A DNA stretch of 64,000 nt from Octopus sinensis (taxonomy: Eukaryota). The translations under genes were made by a program, and so were the position numbers. Location of the stretch: the NCBI RefSeq assembly GCF_006345805.1, contig NC_043008.1:29760001-29824000 (forward strand). Direction: 5' to 3'. Shown here piece by piece: positions 40,956 through 55,206 of the stretch. The notes below the pieces were generated by a model. That model ran no database searches, was not told the DNA's origin, and saw nothing but the letters and a program-made list of their open reading frames with translations. Within the stretch, counting starts at the first letter, position 1. Each line of letters begins with the position of its first letter.

Positions 40956-41865
40956 AATATACGTAGAAAGTAACCATATTGCTGAGAATTTGCAATTTTA
41001 CAGACGAAATTAATCCAGTCTCAAGTGATCTAGCTTCACGCACATGTCGGTTATCTCCCCTCTCAGTATATGAAAATGTGCGTCTTTGCAATTCTAAAGG
41101 CTTATACTCTTATTTCTAGCAACAGTGCTGCTACCCCACACAATGAATCACAATTAGTGACGATTGAATTTTCCTTTTTGTGTTTATACTGCGCATATCT
41201 ACCTACGTTATTCCATGCACACACACACACACACACACACGCACACACACACAGACACACGTACACACGTCCATTTCATATACAGGTTCCACTTTCATAC
41301 ATACAAGTTCCACTTTCTCCTCTCTTTCACTTTAAAACAAAAGTAAATAAATAAACATTTTTTTACAGAAATTAACGGACAAATCCAGCAGTTCATTTTG
41401 GCATCTCTGTGGGTTCAACCGAAAGAAAGCCAAAATATGCGACTGGAAAAGAACATTTGGCAGCAAAGGCACAAAAGCAGACAATAACATAAAAGTTATT
41501 AGAATCGGGAAGCAAATGTGAAAATATAAACAAGTGCCTATATATAAGTGTGTGTCTGGGTGTATGTGTCTATGTGTGTGCGTGTGGGTGTATGTCTAAA
41601 TAGGTGTGTGTGTGTGTGTGTCTATATATATATATATCGTTTTTGTCTTTGGTTTCTAAGATTTTTTATGTGAATTCGTGTGTTGAAGCATATTTATTGT
41701 GTCTCAGCAGAGTCATTCTCTTTTAGTGCCATATTATTTAACACAGTCAATAATTTCCACTCATTTAATTTTTTCTTAATAATGAGTCAACATCCAACTC
41801 GAGGGTATGTTATATAATAAGGCACTAAAAGAGAATGACTCTCTCCAGACACAATATGATAGATA

Positions 41866-41907
41866 GATAGGTAGGTAGATAGTTAGATATATAGATAGAT
41901 AAATAGT

Positions 41908-41949
<42 letters not shown>

Positions 41950-42084
41950 TATAGATGGATAGATAGATAGATAGGTAATTTGGTAGGTAGGTAGGTAGAT
42001 AGATACGTTGATAGATATATAGATAGATAGGTAGATAGATAGATAGATAGATAGTTAGATAGGTAGGTAGGTAGATAGGTTGGT

Positions 42085-42119
<35 letters not shown>

Positions 42120-42131
42120 TAGATAGATAGG

Positions 42132-42171
<40 letters not shown>

Positions 42172-42192
42172 AGATAGATAGATAGATAGATA
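41866..42192. repeat. (TAGA)n/(TAGG)n tetranucleotide array at the 3' side of the LINE
   Basis: Directly visible. Confidence 0.97.
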
Positions 42193-44276
42193 AGTTTCTT
42201 TATTGGCCACACAGGGCTGCACACATATGGGACAAGTTACAAGGTAGAGCTTTTCTTTTGGGGGATGAAAAAAACAAAAAAAACAAAAAAAAACAAAAAA
42301 AGGGGGCGTAGGTTTTCGATCAAGAGGGATCGTAAAAGGGAAGAAAAAAAATAAAAAAGAAAAAAAGAAAAAGAAAAAAAGAAAAGGAAAAGGAACAAAA
42401 TAAAAGAGAAATGAAAAAAGAAGAAAGAAGGGAAAAAAAGGGGAAGAGGAAAAAAAACGATCAATAGGGATCGTGTATCACAGTGTTATGATATATGGTG
42501 TAAAGGGGAAAGCAAGTAAGGTTTATTCGTGGGAAGAAAAGCCTACGAAAAAGACCACGGTAACCTTGGTCAATATTGTTATATGTTACATTTGTTTGCT
42601 AGTGGGTAACCCTCTGTTTTCAATTTCTGGGTTCATAGGATTATGCTCAAGGTGGCTTCGTCATTCATACGTGCCATCCTTGCTACGTTCACCCATCTTT
42701 TTTAAAACATTCGCTAGACAAAACTTGCCTCTCTACTCTCACTTTCCTTTTCAAGTGGTACTTGAAGAAGTTGATGAGAGATTGCCCAGAGAGGAAAGTG
42801 TTTGTCTCCAATCCTTTCAGACGCGTCCACCAGATACATTCTTTCGCCATAGCCACAAGGATGATGAAAATAGCTCTTCCTTCCCGTTTGAAGGAAGGAG
42901 GCGTGACAATATTGACGATAGACTCAGCTGATAAACCGACTCGTCCCACACGTGACAGCAGTTGTTCGACATAAGCCCACAGGTCGGAAATTGTTGGACA
43001 CAGCACGAGTGCGTGCAGAACGGTTTCGTCGCTCTGACCGCATCTCGGGCAGGTCGGCCCCGTGTTTCTCGAGCCGTGTCTGTAGAGCTTATCCCGAACG
43101 GGTAGCGCTTCTCGGTAGCACTGCCAGGCCAGGGATCTCTGGAAGTTGTCCATGGGCCCTGGCCCGAAAGTCGTCCGGAATAGGCGGGTCAGGTACTCCT
43201 CGTCGACGTCCAGGTTCGCCCCGAGCTCGTCGTCGTACCTCCCCTCCACTAATCCCCTATAGAATGCTTTGGTAGTGATGAAGTCACTAAAGGTCGACCC
43301 AGGACGGCAGAGTTGCTTGAGAGCAACGCGACACTCGCGGTGCCATTCGCCCTTCCTCGGCCTCTTTTTGATCCACGACTGCAGTTCGGTCATGGAGACG
43401 AGCTGCGGGAAAGCGTGCCTCACAAACGGCGACCACACCTGTTCACCATCGTCTCCGAAGAGCCTGAGATGTCGCAGTCTCAGCGCGTGTCTGCGCATCA
43501 TCAACCACGGCATGCCCAGTCCTCCTTTTAACGGGTGCTGACAGCAAATAGATCGCCTGACCATCGGGACGCATCCTTTCCACAAAAAGCGAAAGAGAAT
43601 GCGTTGTAGTTTGGTGATGGTAGGGTCGGGACAAGGTACGACGGTCAGGCGGTAGTAGATGACGGACGCGATATACGTGTTCGCCACCTCCGCCCGACCT
43701 TTTAGGGACAGTTTCCTCTCGGCCTATTGCCGGGCGAGAGTGACCAACCTACTCGTTATCTCATTCCAGTTCTTCTCCACTTGGAGGTCCGGACCAAACC
43801 AGACCCCGAGCAACTCAACCGGGCCGTCGGTCCAGCGTCCCACGACGGAGGCGCTGGTGGACGGCATGGGCTTGCTTCTCCAGGTGCCTAGTCGCAAGCC
43901 CACTGACTTTTCCCGGTTGATTTTCGTAGTTTTTCAGTGTCTCGCCGACCTGCTCGCTGTGCTCGTGGCTAGACACTATGACGGTGACGTCGACGCGTAT
44001 GCAGACACGCTAGTCCCGCATCCCAGTTGTCGCGGGATGCCCCTCAAAGTTGCCAGCTTCCGCAATAATGGCTCGAGAGTCAATACGTATAGAAGCGACG
44101 AGATGGGGCATCCCTGACGGACCGAACGTGCGATGTCGAAGGGTCTCGATAAATGTCCATTCACGCGAATTACCGAACGGATGCCTCTGTACAAAGCGGC
44201 TATCCAGCCGCGGAAGACGGGACCGAAGCCAGCCGCTCTGAGGACCGCCTCCAAGTATCGATGGTTCACCATATCG

Positions 44277-44278
<2 letters not shown>
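42193..44278 (-). mobile_element. 5'-truncated Tx1/L1-clade non-LTR retrotransposon (ORF2 RT plus zf-RVT-like region), inactivated
   Basis: DMVNHRYL, SVRQGCPISSLLYVLTLEPLLR, disrupted AYA(DD)VTVIV, KINREKS, LLGVWFGP, LSLKGRAEVANTYIAS, KGGLGMP and CPRCGQSDETVLHALVLC; original ORF end about 42633; AATAAA at 42204-42199; lesions include a frameshift at YADD, a deletion near 43930, a TAG near 43725 and a frameshift near 42700. Confidence 0.95.
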
Positions 44279-44362
<84 letters not shown>

Positions 44363-44430
44363 GTAGGTAGGTAGGTAGGTATTAGGTAGGTAGGTAGATA
44401 GATGGGTAGATAGATAGATAGACAGATAGT
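44279..44430. repeat. (TAGA)n/(TAGG)n array at the 5' truncation point of the LINE
   Basis: Directly visible. Confidence 0.97.
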
Positions 44431-44847
44431 TAGATAGATATAGAGGGAGACAGAGAGAGGGGTATAGAGAGATATTATAACCTGGTGGGGTTTAAATGGA
44501 GACTAAATTTAGAAAACCCTGGTTTTACCTCAGTAAAACCATTGTGCAGGTGTAGCGAAGTGTAAACTATAATCCAAATAATACGACAAAAAATCCTTTA
44601 GGATCTTAGTAATGATCCGATACGATTGTTTCTGTATGAACACTGAAGTGAAAATTTATGTAATATTGCGTAAACTAGAGATGTAAGCACAGTTGGTACA
44701 GAAACAAATGTAAAAAATAATTAAAAAGGTGTTTATTAACTTATTTGTCTTATTTAGATTATATACGTGTGTGTATCTATCTACATATATGTACATATAT
44801 ATGTCTATATATATTCATGTATGTGTGGGTATACCTGTATCTCTCTC

Positions 44848-44899
<52 letters not shown>

Positions 44900-45302
44900 T
44901 AATAATAATAATATATATACAAGCAATAATAAATCTCTGAACGAGGTATAAACAGTAACTGCACGACAATATGAGGTATATTTGCCATCTCAATATGGCT
45001 AACCACTAAGGGTGGGAGTTACTGTAGCTTGTAGCTCCAGGAGAACATCTCCTCCAGCTGGCTATAGGCACACCTTCTGTGCCCTAACGGTATTTGCAAA
45101 GGGAGGTCATCCTTCCCTCGTCAACCTAGGTGATACGCACGGACTGCAGTTTCTGGAGCGTACGACAATCACCGGTTTTCGATGAAAGGAGTTCCCAATG
45201 CAAATATTTATATTTATATATATATCTATATTCTGCTTTAAATTAAAAAATAACGGAAAATGACATACCTGTATATATATATGTTTATATATATATATAT
45301 AC

Positions 45303-45700
45303 TCTTTTACTTGTTTCAGTCATTTGACTGCGGCCATACTGGAGCACCGCCTTTCATCGAGCAACTCGACCCTGGGACTTATTCTTTTGTAAGCCCAGTA
45401 CTTATTCTATCGGTCTCTTTTGTCGAAACGCTATGTAACGGTGACGTAAATACACCAGCATCGGTTGTCAAGCAATACTAGGGGGACAAAGACAGACACA
45501 CAAACACACACACACGCATATATATATATCTACATATATACGACGGGCTTCAGTTTCCGTCTATCAAATCCACTCACAAGGCTTTGGTCGGCCCGAGGCT
45601 ATAGTAGAAGACACTTGCCCAAGGTGCCACGCAGTGGGACTGAATCCGGAACCATGTGGTTGGTTAGCAAGCTACTTACCACACGGCCACTCCTGCGCCT
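45303..45700 (-). mobile_element. Full-length tRNA-derived SINE (CORE-like family)
   Basis: Minus strand: AGGCGCAGGAGTGGCCGTGTGG (A-box-like)..GGTTCCGGATTCAGTCCCAC (B-box-like)..CCTTGGGCAAGTGTCTTCTACTATAGCC; homologs at 26.6 and 60.0 kb. Confidence 0.92.
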
Positions 45701-46678
45701 ATATATATATATATATATATATATACGAATAGATAGATGGATAATTCAAAAATACGTGCTGCAAATAAGCCTACAAACATACTAAATACAGAGACGAACG
45801 GAAAACAGAGAAGGGCAACGTCTCCTCTTCAGTTATAGACCAGACGGTCAAGCGCTAGTTCGGCCATTATCGATAATATTGTTTCCGGTCTAGTGGCACT
45901 GATACTAAATTTGCAGGAAATGGGAGCAAAATTAACAAATAAAAATAATAAATAGAATAAACGCTTAGAGACACACGAAGGCAACAATTAAAATGATAAT
46001 ATGTATCCAGTAAAAACAGCATTAAAGCTGCAATACGATACAAAAATGGGCAACGCGAAGGTAAAATGAAAGTCTGCCCTAAAGCGCTATCAACACGAGT
46101 GGGTAGAGCAGGGCGCGCCGAAAATCGTAACCAGTCCGGTCGAAGGAAACGCAAAAAAAAGAATGTAGCTGTTTTAGGCTGTCGTTGTTCACGTGATAGT
46201 AGGAGGAAACTAACATAAAATGACAGAGAGCGAGATACAAAAAGCTAGAGAGAGAGAAAGAGACAAAGAAAGGAAATTAAGAAAGGAGGGTGTGAGTGAG
46301 ACAAAGAAGGAAAATTTAGAGAGGAGGAGGAGCATGGAGGGAGAGAGGGAGATAAAGAGGGAAATGAAATTAAATAGAAGCTAGGAGGTCAGAAAATCGT
46401 GACCAGTCCGCTCGAGGGCAACGAGAAAAGGATTGACAGCGCTTTCGGTTGTCATGATAGTGAGAGGAGCGTAACAAAGAAAGACAAAGAATGAGAGAGA
46501 GAGGTAGAGGGAGAATGAAAGAGAGAGAGAGAGAGAAAGCAAACAAGACAAGCAAAGTAAAGGAAAGAGATAGAGTGGCATAAAAATATTCTATGAATAA
46601 TTTTGCAAATGCGTGTGTTACATAAATAATATTTTCAGGATTAAATAAAATGACAGCGGAAAATATGACATACCTGTA

Positions 46679-46719
<41 letters not shown>

Positions 46720-47427
46720 AATAAAATAGAACATATGCATATATATAAACATATATGTACGTACCTACCTCTACATGTACATATACACGCATATATGTGT
46801 ACAGGACACCAAAAAGACGTCGAACACATAGAGAGACGAAACACATAGACACAAGCCAAGGAACAAGACAAGCAAAAAAAAAGGAGAGATACAGGACAAT
46901 AAGCACAACGAAAAATCCCCTTCTTCAGTCGCTAAGGTTTCATCTACTAAACGTTTCGAAGGATAAAAGCGAGACGTATACTTCGAAGAAAACTTCCTTC
47001 CCGCGAAAAGCAAATCAATTAAAATTCTGAGATCTTTTCGCAGAGGGGTAAAAAAAAGCAAGACGGTAACGACAGTACAAACATATAAACAGTAAAAAAT
47101 ATATATATACACAGTGGAAAAATAAATATATAACAGTGAGAGACAGGACAAGGAGAACAAGATAAGAAGGGCTGTTAACGCCAGACGAAAAAAGTATTGC
47201 AAACGCTGGATTATCGTGGACGACGAGAGAGAGAAAATATGTCGACCAGTAGCCTTACAAGGCGGGCGAGAGAAAAGACAGGATAGCAGTTGACGGAAGT
47301 ATCGTCGCAGATGGACGACGGGAAGGGGAGGAGGAGCAAGAGGAAGAGAGAGAAGAAGGGGAATGGTGCGAGGAGACCATGAAGAATGGTGAAAGGAGAG
47401 AGAGAGAATGAAGAATGAGAGAGAGAG

Positions 47428-47486
<59 letters not shown>

Positions 47487-47494
47487 TATATAGA

Positions 47495-48830
47495 CTAGTG
47501 TGCCAGTGCCGTCAGAATTGACGGCATGAAAATGATACGGAAAACCTCTATCTCAGTAATTGCGTCAACACCACGTTTCTGGTAAAAAAAAAAGCACCAC
47601 CAGCAATGAATTTGCTTTGTTTTGGATGGTCCGTTTCACTATTAACCATTATTCTTCCATTCTTCTCCTCGATGTTCTCTCGATTCCCTTCATTATGATG
47701 CTTCCTCTTCCGCTTCCTCTTGTCGCCTTTGCGATACTCTCGTCCTAAGATATTCTCTCCTCACTGTTGTTTGCTTTTATGTTTAATCTTGGCGCTTCTG
47801 TGCTGCCGCTGCTCTCCCTCTCTCCCTCTATTTGGATAACTCTCCTTTGTGCAGTCAGGTGCTCCTTTCCATTTTCACGTCTTCGACCCTGTCTTCTTGC
47901 ACTCATTTCTCTTGTCTGACTTCTTGCGATTCATTGTCCACAGTAAGTTGATGAGTATATTTAATACAACGGGACACACACTTCAAAACAAATGTGTATA
48001 TTTGTGTGTGTATACGTTAGATTTTTATATTTCTATACGTAACCATAAAACGACCAAAATTACACAGGATCACATTAATGGCTTACACAAAGTCTTATTA
48101 TTTTTTCCAACAACATCTGCACGTTCTCTATCTCTGTCTGTCTCACTTTCTCTCTCTTTTTGTCTCTCCCGCTTGAAACGGGAAAAGATCTTGAAGACAA
48201 ACTTCACCGCCTTAGCAAAGTACTTCATTCATAAATATTTACAAACATCACAATATCGACAAGTATTTGTAAATATTTATAATTACCTTCCTTTTATATC
48301 TTGCTTTTTTAAAACATACAATATAATCAAGCTTTCTTTCAATAGACAATATTTTAATTCTATAACTTAGAAATTACTACTTATCTTATATTCTATTAAC
48401 TTAGAAACTTTTTTAAGCAGAAAATCTTCTAGAACAGTCAAACATCCATAGAGATACAGCAAAAATAATTTTGAGGTGCAAAAATGTTATTTACTTATAT
48501 ATTGTTATTAATATTTACCAAAGAAAAAATCATCATTTATCAAATGAAAATGTTGTTGTTGAGAGAGACTGAGAGGAGGACAGTGAGAGGGAGAGTGTGT
48601 GAACGTCTGTAGATAGATAGAGAGAGAAAGAGAGAGAAGCAGCATTCATCAATAAGGTGAACAGATTTTTGTTGATACAGAGCGAGATGCGCTGTTTGTT
48701 ACCATTTCCTCTCTCATTGTTATTACCATTTTGTCTCTTCTCTCTTTTACTCTTACATCGCTACTTCTTCATTGCGCGATTTTGAATAAACTTACAAGCA
48801 AGCTCATCATTAAAATATATATATATATAA
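47495..48830 (-). mobile_element. Non-autonomous Helitron
   Basis: 3' signature on minus strand: hairpin TGCCGTC-AATTCT-GACGGCA, 8 nt, then CTAG|T (plus 47495-47498). The 5' boundary near the TA tract at about 48.8 kb is inferred. Confidence 0.6.
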
Positions 48831-48979
48831 TATGATATAATATAATATATATAAATATATATATATATACGTATGTATGTATGTATAAACTTTAAAAAAT
48901 CCATGTAGAAAATAAACATACGGCGAACATGTACTTAATAACAGATGAACGAAAGACAAAGAATGTCATCATATATATC

Positions 48980-49079
<100 letters not shown>

Positions 49080-50416
49080 TGTATGTGCGTGCTTCTATGT
49101 GCATGTATGTATGTACTATGCATAATTATACATACTATTACCAGTCTTTTACACGCTAGGTAGTGAGTAAAATCTTATTTGAATATTTGGTAACGGTATT
49201 GAATAAACTTGGTTTGTACATGAGTGTATATACATGACTCTATTCACTTGATTTTAAAGAAGCACATTGTTCTGTTTTTAAAATCGTCATACACTACCTT
49301 GCATTCATATGAAACCATAGTCTTTGCAACGAAATAAACCATGCGATACCTCAGATGTAGTCATGCAAGTAATATATATATTCCAAACGCCTCTATACAA
49401 ATTGTAATGCATTTCAGTACTTCTATTATTTTATGAATTATAATCCAGGATCATAATGGAGATTACTCAGTGTGCTACACATTGTGTTCCCTTTTAAAGT
49501 CGATATTCGAAGAAACTTTTTTAATATATATTCCGATGAGGTAAATATCAGAAATAGCAGTGTAATCTATAAGAAAAAAAGGGGAGTTTTACAAAGTATT
49601 TAAGTTCTTTGGTGTTCCTCCAATACCATTTCCTTTTCTATATAAGAGATAATTGAATTTTAATGAATAATGTAAATGTCGTATTGCTGCTTAGTTTTCG
49701 ACATATGCTTAACTCATTACAGAATAATACACAGATTAATTTATATTCTGAATTTAGATTGGGTTTGATTAACGTTAATGTCTTCGACATCCTGATGAAC
49801 ATTTTTTACTGATTTTACTTTAATATATTACAGCACATTTTCCTGTATTCTACTTATACACCTTCTCTTCAACCGTGTCTTCACTAATATTGAAATGCCT
49901 GAAATATTGTAAATTGATTGTTAATGTCTGATAATTCTCAAGTGAGTTTAACACGTTGATAAACTGTGCAATAAAGATTTAGTGATAGATACTGAAACCA
50001 TTTCACAAGAAATGTTACAAAAATGAGCACAGAACTATGATATTATCCCGTAGGTAAAGGAAGATTTTAGTACGTGTTTATAGAAATATATTTCTGGTAT
50101 GTTTCACGTTTTTGCACATCATTAAGTAAAGAAATAATATAATGGAGTTAGAGGTACATGGAAAATAGGAAGTGAGTTTAGAAAATGAATATATGAAATA
50201 CATGAAATGGAAAATATATTTTACAAATAATGACATCACGATAACATGTTAAAATTTTATTGTAGAATTAGGAGTTATAATGTCATATTAAGCAGTAAAT
50301 ACTCCGGAGGCAAGATGAAAAACACACGCACGAACACACAACAATGCTCACGTGTTATATCTATCTATGTATCTATACATACATACATATATATATATGT
50401 GTGTATATATGTATGC

Positions 50417-50455
<39 letters not shown>

Positions 50456-50522
50456 ACTTCGAGATGGTCATTTTATTTATTTATTTTCTATTTATTAATG
50501 TTTGCCAAATAAGCACACGCAC

Positions 50523-50573
<51 letters not shown>

Positions 50574-51144
50574 CTTGTATTTATTTGGCAAAAAAAATAA
50601 TAATAAATAAAATTACCATCCCGAAGAACAACAATATCTGTTTCAACACAAGTTTACACATCAGAAATCTAGCAAAACGAGCTGATAGTTGTAATTAAGA
50701 GATAAACAAATTAGAAATGAATTACAACTCCTACAACTCTATGGCCCCACTATGCTCCATGTGTTTCTATGAAATTGTAGTCTATTTTAGCCACTTTCCA
50801 ACAATAGCTACAACATTAATTTCTCCTATATTCTTACTGTGTTAGAATATTTGAAGAAAATTATATCAATGTGCGCTAATTGTTAAAAATCTTCTATATT
50901 TTCATAGCTGGAGATAGCAATGCATTTAAATTGGGCCGCTCGAAACTGCCCTAGAGCATTAATACTTGATGTCCTATTGTTTTTTTTTATTTTACTCCCC
51001 TTATGTCGAGCTGTGCTGATAATACCAGACTGAGTTGGTGCTTCAAATTAAGTACCTAATTCAACTGAATTTTAATTATATATATACAGAGACAAAGAGT
51101 GAGAGAGAAAGAGAAATATAGATTTGAATATACATATACATGCA

Positions 51145-51185
<41 letters not shown>

Positions 51186-51186
51186 G

Positions 51187-51240
<54 letters not shown>

Positions 51241-51934
51241 ATGACATTCGTTTGTTGTCCATCTAATATCAATTAAATTTATAATTACACCTTCATTTCC
51301 ATTTAGGAGATTATTTCACGGTCCAGCACAATTTTATCGACATATATATATTCGATAATATATGAAATATTTCAACAACTGCATAATCACTACATAAAGG
51401 TGTCAACCTTGTTTCTTTCCTAATCGCTTATTGAACACCAACGAAGGCAATGTTAAAACGAGGCATTCCATTACATGTGCAATATCACAAGTATCTACAC
51501 AATCAGTGAATAATTTGTCTGAATAAGGAATCTATATATTATTAGAGTAATCAATAATTGAATACCAAGTCAGTAATGCCTTAGAATATAATTCACACTT
51601 GGGTAGCAAAGCATCGCAAAATAAATTATTTGTACAGAAATTGTGGGTAGAAGTCATAACTCGCAAGCTGAATAAATTTGTGAGGCAATGTAATGTAATG
51701 AAGAAATATTTTCTAAGTGTGATTAGAACGCCGCTGCGGAAGTTGCTTAGAACAATAGTTGCACCGTTAACATATATTTTCTTTGGTATTGACTGAAATT
51801 GCTCACGAACGCAGTCTGGCTGCGGCGGCAGTTTCTGGGACAAATAATTTATTAATTTATACTTCTTATTTTCAGTTAGCAGCACGATCCAATTAATTCA
51901 ACTTACTACATATACACCAATCAATGTACACTTG

Positions 51935-52295
51935 AATGAAAAGTTATGAATAAGAATTTTTATCAAATTTCAGTGTAGACTTAATGTAAGTATGTGCAAA
52001 TTGGAGAGCCTTTATGTAAACACCGATTGCTATTTTAAATTCATAGATATATTTCGGTCAGGTAACCCTCTTCGCATTTGACGGATTGCACTTATGATAA
52101 ATATCAGACTCAATCAAAATTACAAATGAAAACGTATGAATAAGAATTTTCCTCAAATTTTTATGTAGAATTAATGTAACTATGTTCGATTTAGAGAACC
52201 TTTACGTTAACGCTAATTGCTATTTTAAATTCCTACATATATTTCTGTGTGGGTATCCTTCTTGACAGATTACTCTTATCAAAAATGCAAACTCG
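51935..52295. repeat. Diverged tandem duplication, about 190-bp period
   Basis: TATGAATAAGAATTTT..CAAATTT...TTAATGTAA.TATGT...ATTGCTATTTTAAATTC occurs at about 51945 and about 52135. Confidence 0.85.
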
Positions 52296-53864
52296 TAATT
52301 CTATACTGTGTTCTTACTATTGCTACCTCCAAATGTATTTGAAGGATTTAAAGATAAAATACTGGAACTACATTATCTACTGGACAAACAGTACAGTTTA
52401 CATTGGTACTCTTCCTTGAAATATTCTCTACGGATAATTAGTCTGTAATACTGATATCAAGTTGAATAGACACCTTCTAAAAGATACAATATGTAAAATA
52501 TAGTTGGTTTTCACAGGAATTAATGTAGAGTGCAGTTCAATCATTTATGGTGAAACAAAAAAAAATATAAATATTATGATTTGCTAGATGTTTTATTTGA
52601 TTGCTATGGTTAACCATACGGGATAAGGAATATAAGAAATGGTTTAGAACGTGCTAGTTGTGAAATCTAATAATGCCACATCACTTAAATAAGCATGCAG
52701 TTCATTGTATTTAGAAATAATTTTAACAGCTGAGGAAACTACTGAGTAGAGATTAGAAATAGATAGAAAAGATTCATCATATGATACGCTCCAGTTTTAA
52801 ATCAAAGACCTCATGTTGTATATCTGTTTGAAAAAGTACAGGTTTTCATAAAAGGAATGACTTTGGTCATGGAACTACTTAATAACTGAGTCTCACAAGC
52901 AACAGGAATAACCAACATATGAAAACAGTAAATATAATTTAAAATGTGGTGGCTAACATGACAGGAGTCAATCCGTAACCTATATAATAGTAGCTGCTAG
53001 AATAATGACTCATCATATGAGTCGCCATAATACAAGGAAAAATACAATAAATGTTTTAGATAAATATATAATTAAACCATCGTACGTATGCATTATAGTT
53101 TGTAAATATACCTCATCAACATTTCAGAGTAATGATATATATTCTCCGATTACACACTTTGACAAACTGGTCTAAATTTACAGAATAACGTTTCTGCTTT
53201 GACACTAATATGTTTAATATAAGTGAGATACATTTCCATTGAGAATGTCTACATGCTCGAATAGTATTTTACAATAAACACTAGAGATTTGTCTAGTTCC
53301 GATGAACAAATGGTATCAACCTACCTGACGTCGTTCCATTTCACATGATAAAATCATTGCCTATGAAGCGTGAACATTTAACCGAAATATTTCAATTATC
53401 CCAAAGCACCACCAGTGTGATATGTGGCAGGAAACTAGTAAATGGCTAAAATATATTGTTCACCATTTTAATCTCACACTCTTACGTGGTATTTTTATTT
53501 TATCCAATTCAACAATATGCGAAGATAGCAATTCCTAAATATTTGATTTCCAAACAACTTTCCATAATTGATTTCCATTTCGAAAACTCTGTGATACAGA
53601 AAGGTTAATAAAAAACGAAAACCAAGCTAGATACAATTCTCAAAGCAATTTCAGTGATTGCATGACGGGAGCTTACTTTTAGCTTTCCACAATAGTTAAA
53701 ATAAAAAGTAGATATAGAAATTACGGTAGTTGGGATGCTTATTATATTTAATCATTTACCACTATTCCTATCTCTCTCGTCTATCTCTATCAGTTTGCAT
53801 ATATCTCAGTGTCTCACACACACACACACACCTTACGGGAGGAGTGTGCCTATGTGACCGAGTG

Positions 53865-53904
53865 TGTTTGTAATATATATGCATATAAGTATATGTATAT
53901 ATAA

Positions 53905-54003
<99 letters not shown>

Positions 54004-54010
54004 TATATAC
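53865..54010. repeat. (TA)n microsatellite
   Basis: Directly visible. Confidence 0.95.
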
Positions 54011-54554
54011 ACACATACATATGAATGTATGCATATGCCAGTGTATGGACATACGCAGTTATGATACATGCTCACAATATCGATAGAAAGATAGATAGAG
54101 AGAGAGAGAGAGAGAAAGAAAGAAGATCAAGATGGAAAGAGACACAGAGAATGTCAAGAACTAGTTTTGCAGCTTATTCAATAAATTGTTTCGTATAAAT
54201 TTTCACTAACAGTTAGTCTACGTAAATATAAATAATTCGTTCAGGGCTTTAAAATGGCCGAACAAATTATTCAAAATAAACATGATCTTAAATTGCTAAG
54301 GTCATATGAAATACAGAATAATACATAATGCAAATTCATTGAAAACCTTTAATATTTTCAATCACATAAAATTTTATATTGTATCTTATCATTTGAGTAT
54401 TAAAATATGTCATCTACATACGTATATATTTATCAATTGATCTACACATATACACGAATGCTTGTACACACACATACACTCACATATATACATAGATGTA
54501 CATATATGCATTTATTTACACTCACACACACATCTATACATACATATATATAAA

Positions 54555-55206
54555 ATTTGTTTCGACCCTCCCGTTTCCCTTAATATAAAAACTAACACTG
54601 GTAAAAGATTCCTGTCTCGTCTAGACAAACACTTTCCACAGACGAACACTAACAGACAAGCACTCACAAATTCAGAAAAATATATAAGGTGCTCTGTCAA
54701 GTTATCATAGAGCTGCTTCCCGAATATCAAGATTATCATTACACGCGGTTAATGCCAAGAGCCTAAATCCAATTGCAACTGTCCAACGATTTATGACTAA
54801 ATCTATCATATATGAGGTAGGAATTACTGCAACCCTAAATAATAATGCAGATGATAAGAAAACCTATATTGGATGCTGTGAAATTGAATTCAAATATCGC
54901 TATGCCAATCACTTAGCCTCCTTCCGACATAGAGATGAAAGTAAACCTACTAAGTTGGCTAGCTACGTATGGACTTCAAAAGATAACGAAACACCGCATG
55001 TGGTTAAATGGAAAGTAATTGTGAAATCCATACCTTATGTGAATGGATCAAATAAATGTAGACATTGTTAGGCTGAAAGAGAACAGATTTTCTTGAAATC
55101 TAAGATGCCCAACTCTCTGCTGAAATCCAGGTCAGAAATTTTCATTGTTTGCTTGCATATGTATACGTATATTTTGAAGAATTGGAAAAATTCCGCCTAT
55201 TCCTGA
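54555..55206 (+). pseudogene. Penelope-like element relic: linker plus GIY-YIG endonuclease (second subfamily)
   Basis: FDPPVSLNIKTNTGKRFLSRLDKHFP, then MTKSIIYEVGIT..KKTYIGCCEIEFKYRYANHLASFRH..TKLASYVWTSKD..VKWKVIVKSIPYVNGSNKCRHC*AEREQIF..LLKSRSEIF. Confidence 0.9.

Noticed and set aside
42473-44241. Plus-strand ORFs of 63-152 aa overlapping the LINE
   Set aside because: Antisense shadows of the GC-rich ORF2.
46900-47000. Minus-strand CTGAAGA and GAAACGTT motifs with a possible TCGCT/AGCGA stem
   Set aside because: Core elements are not in a consistent type I/II/III arrangement; GAAA is missing after the putative stem II.
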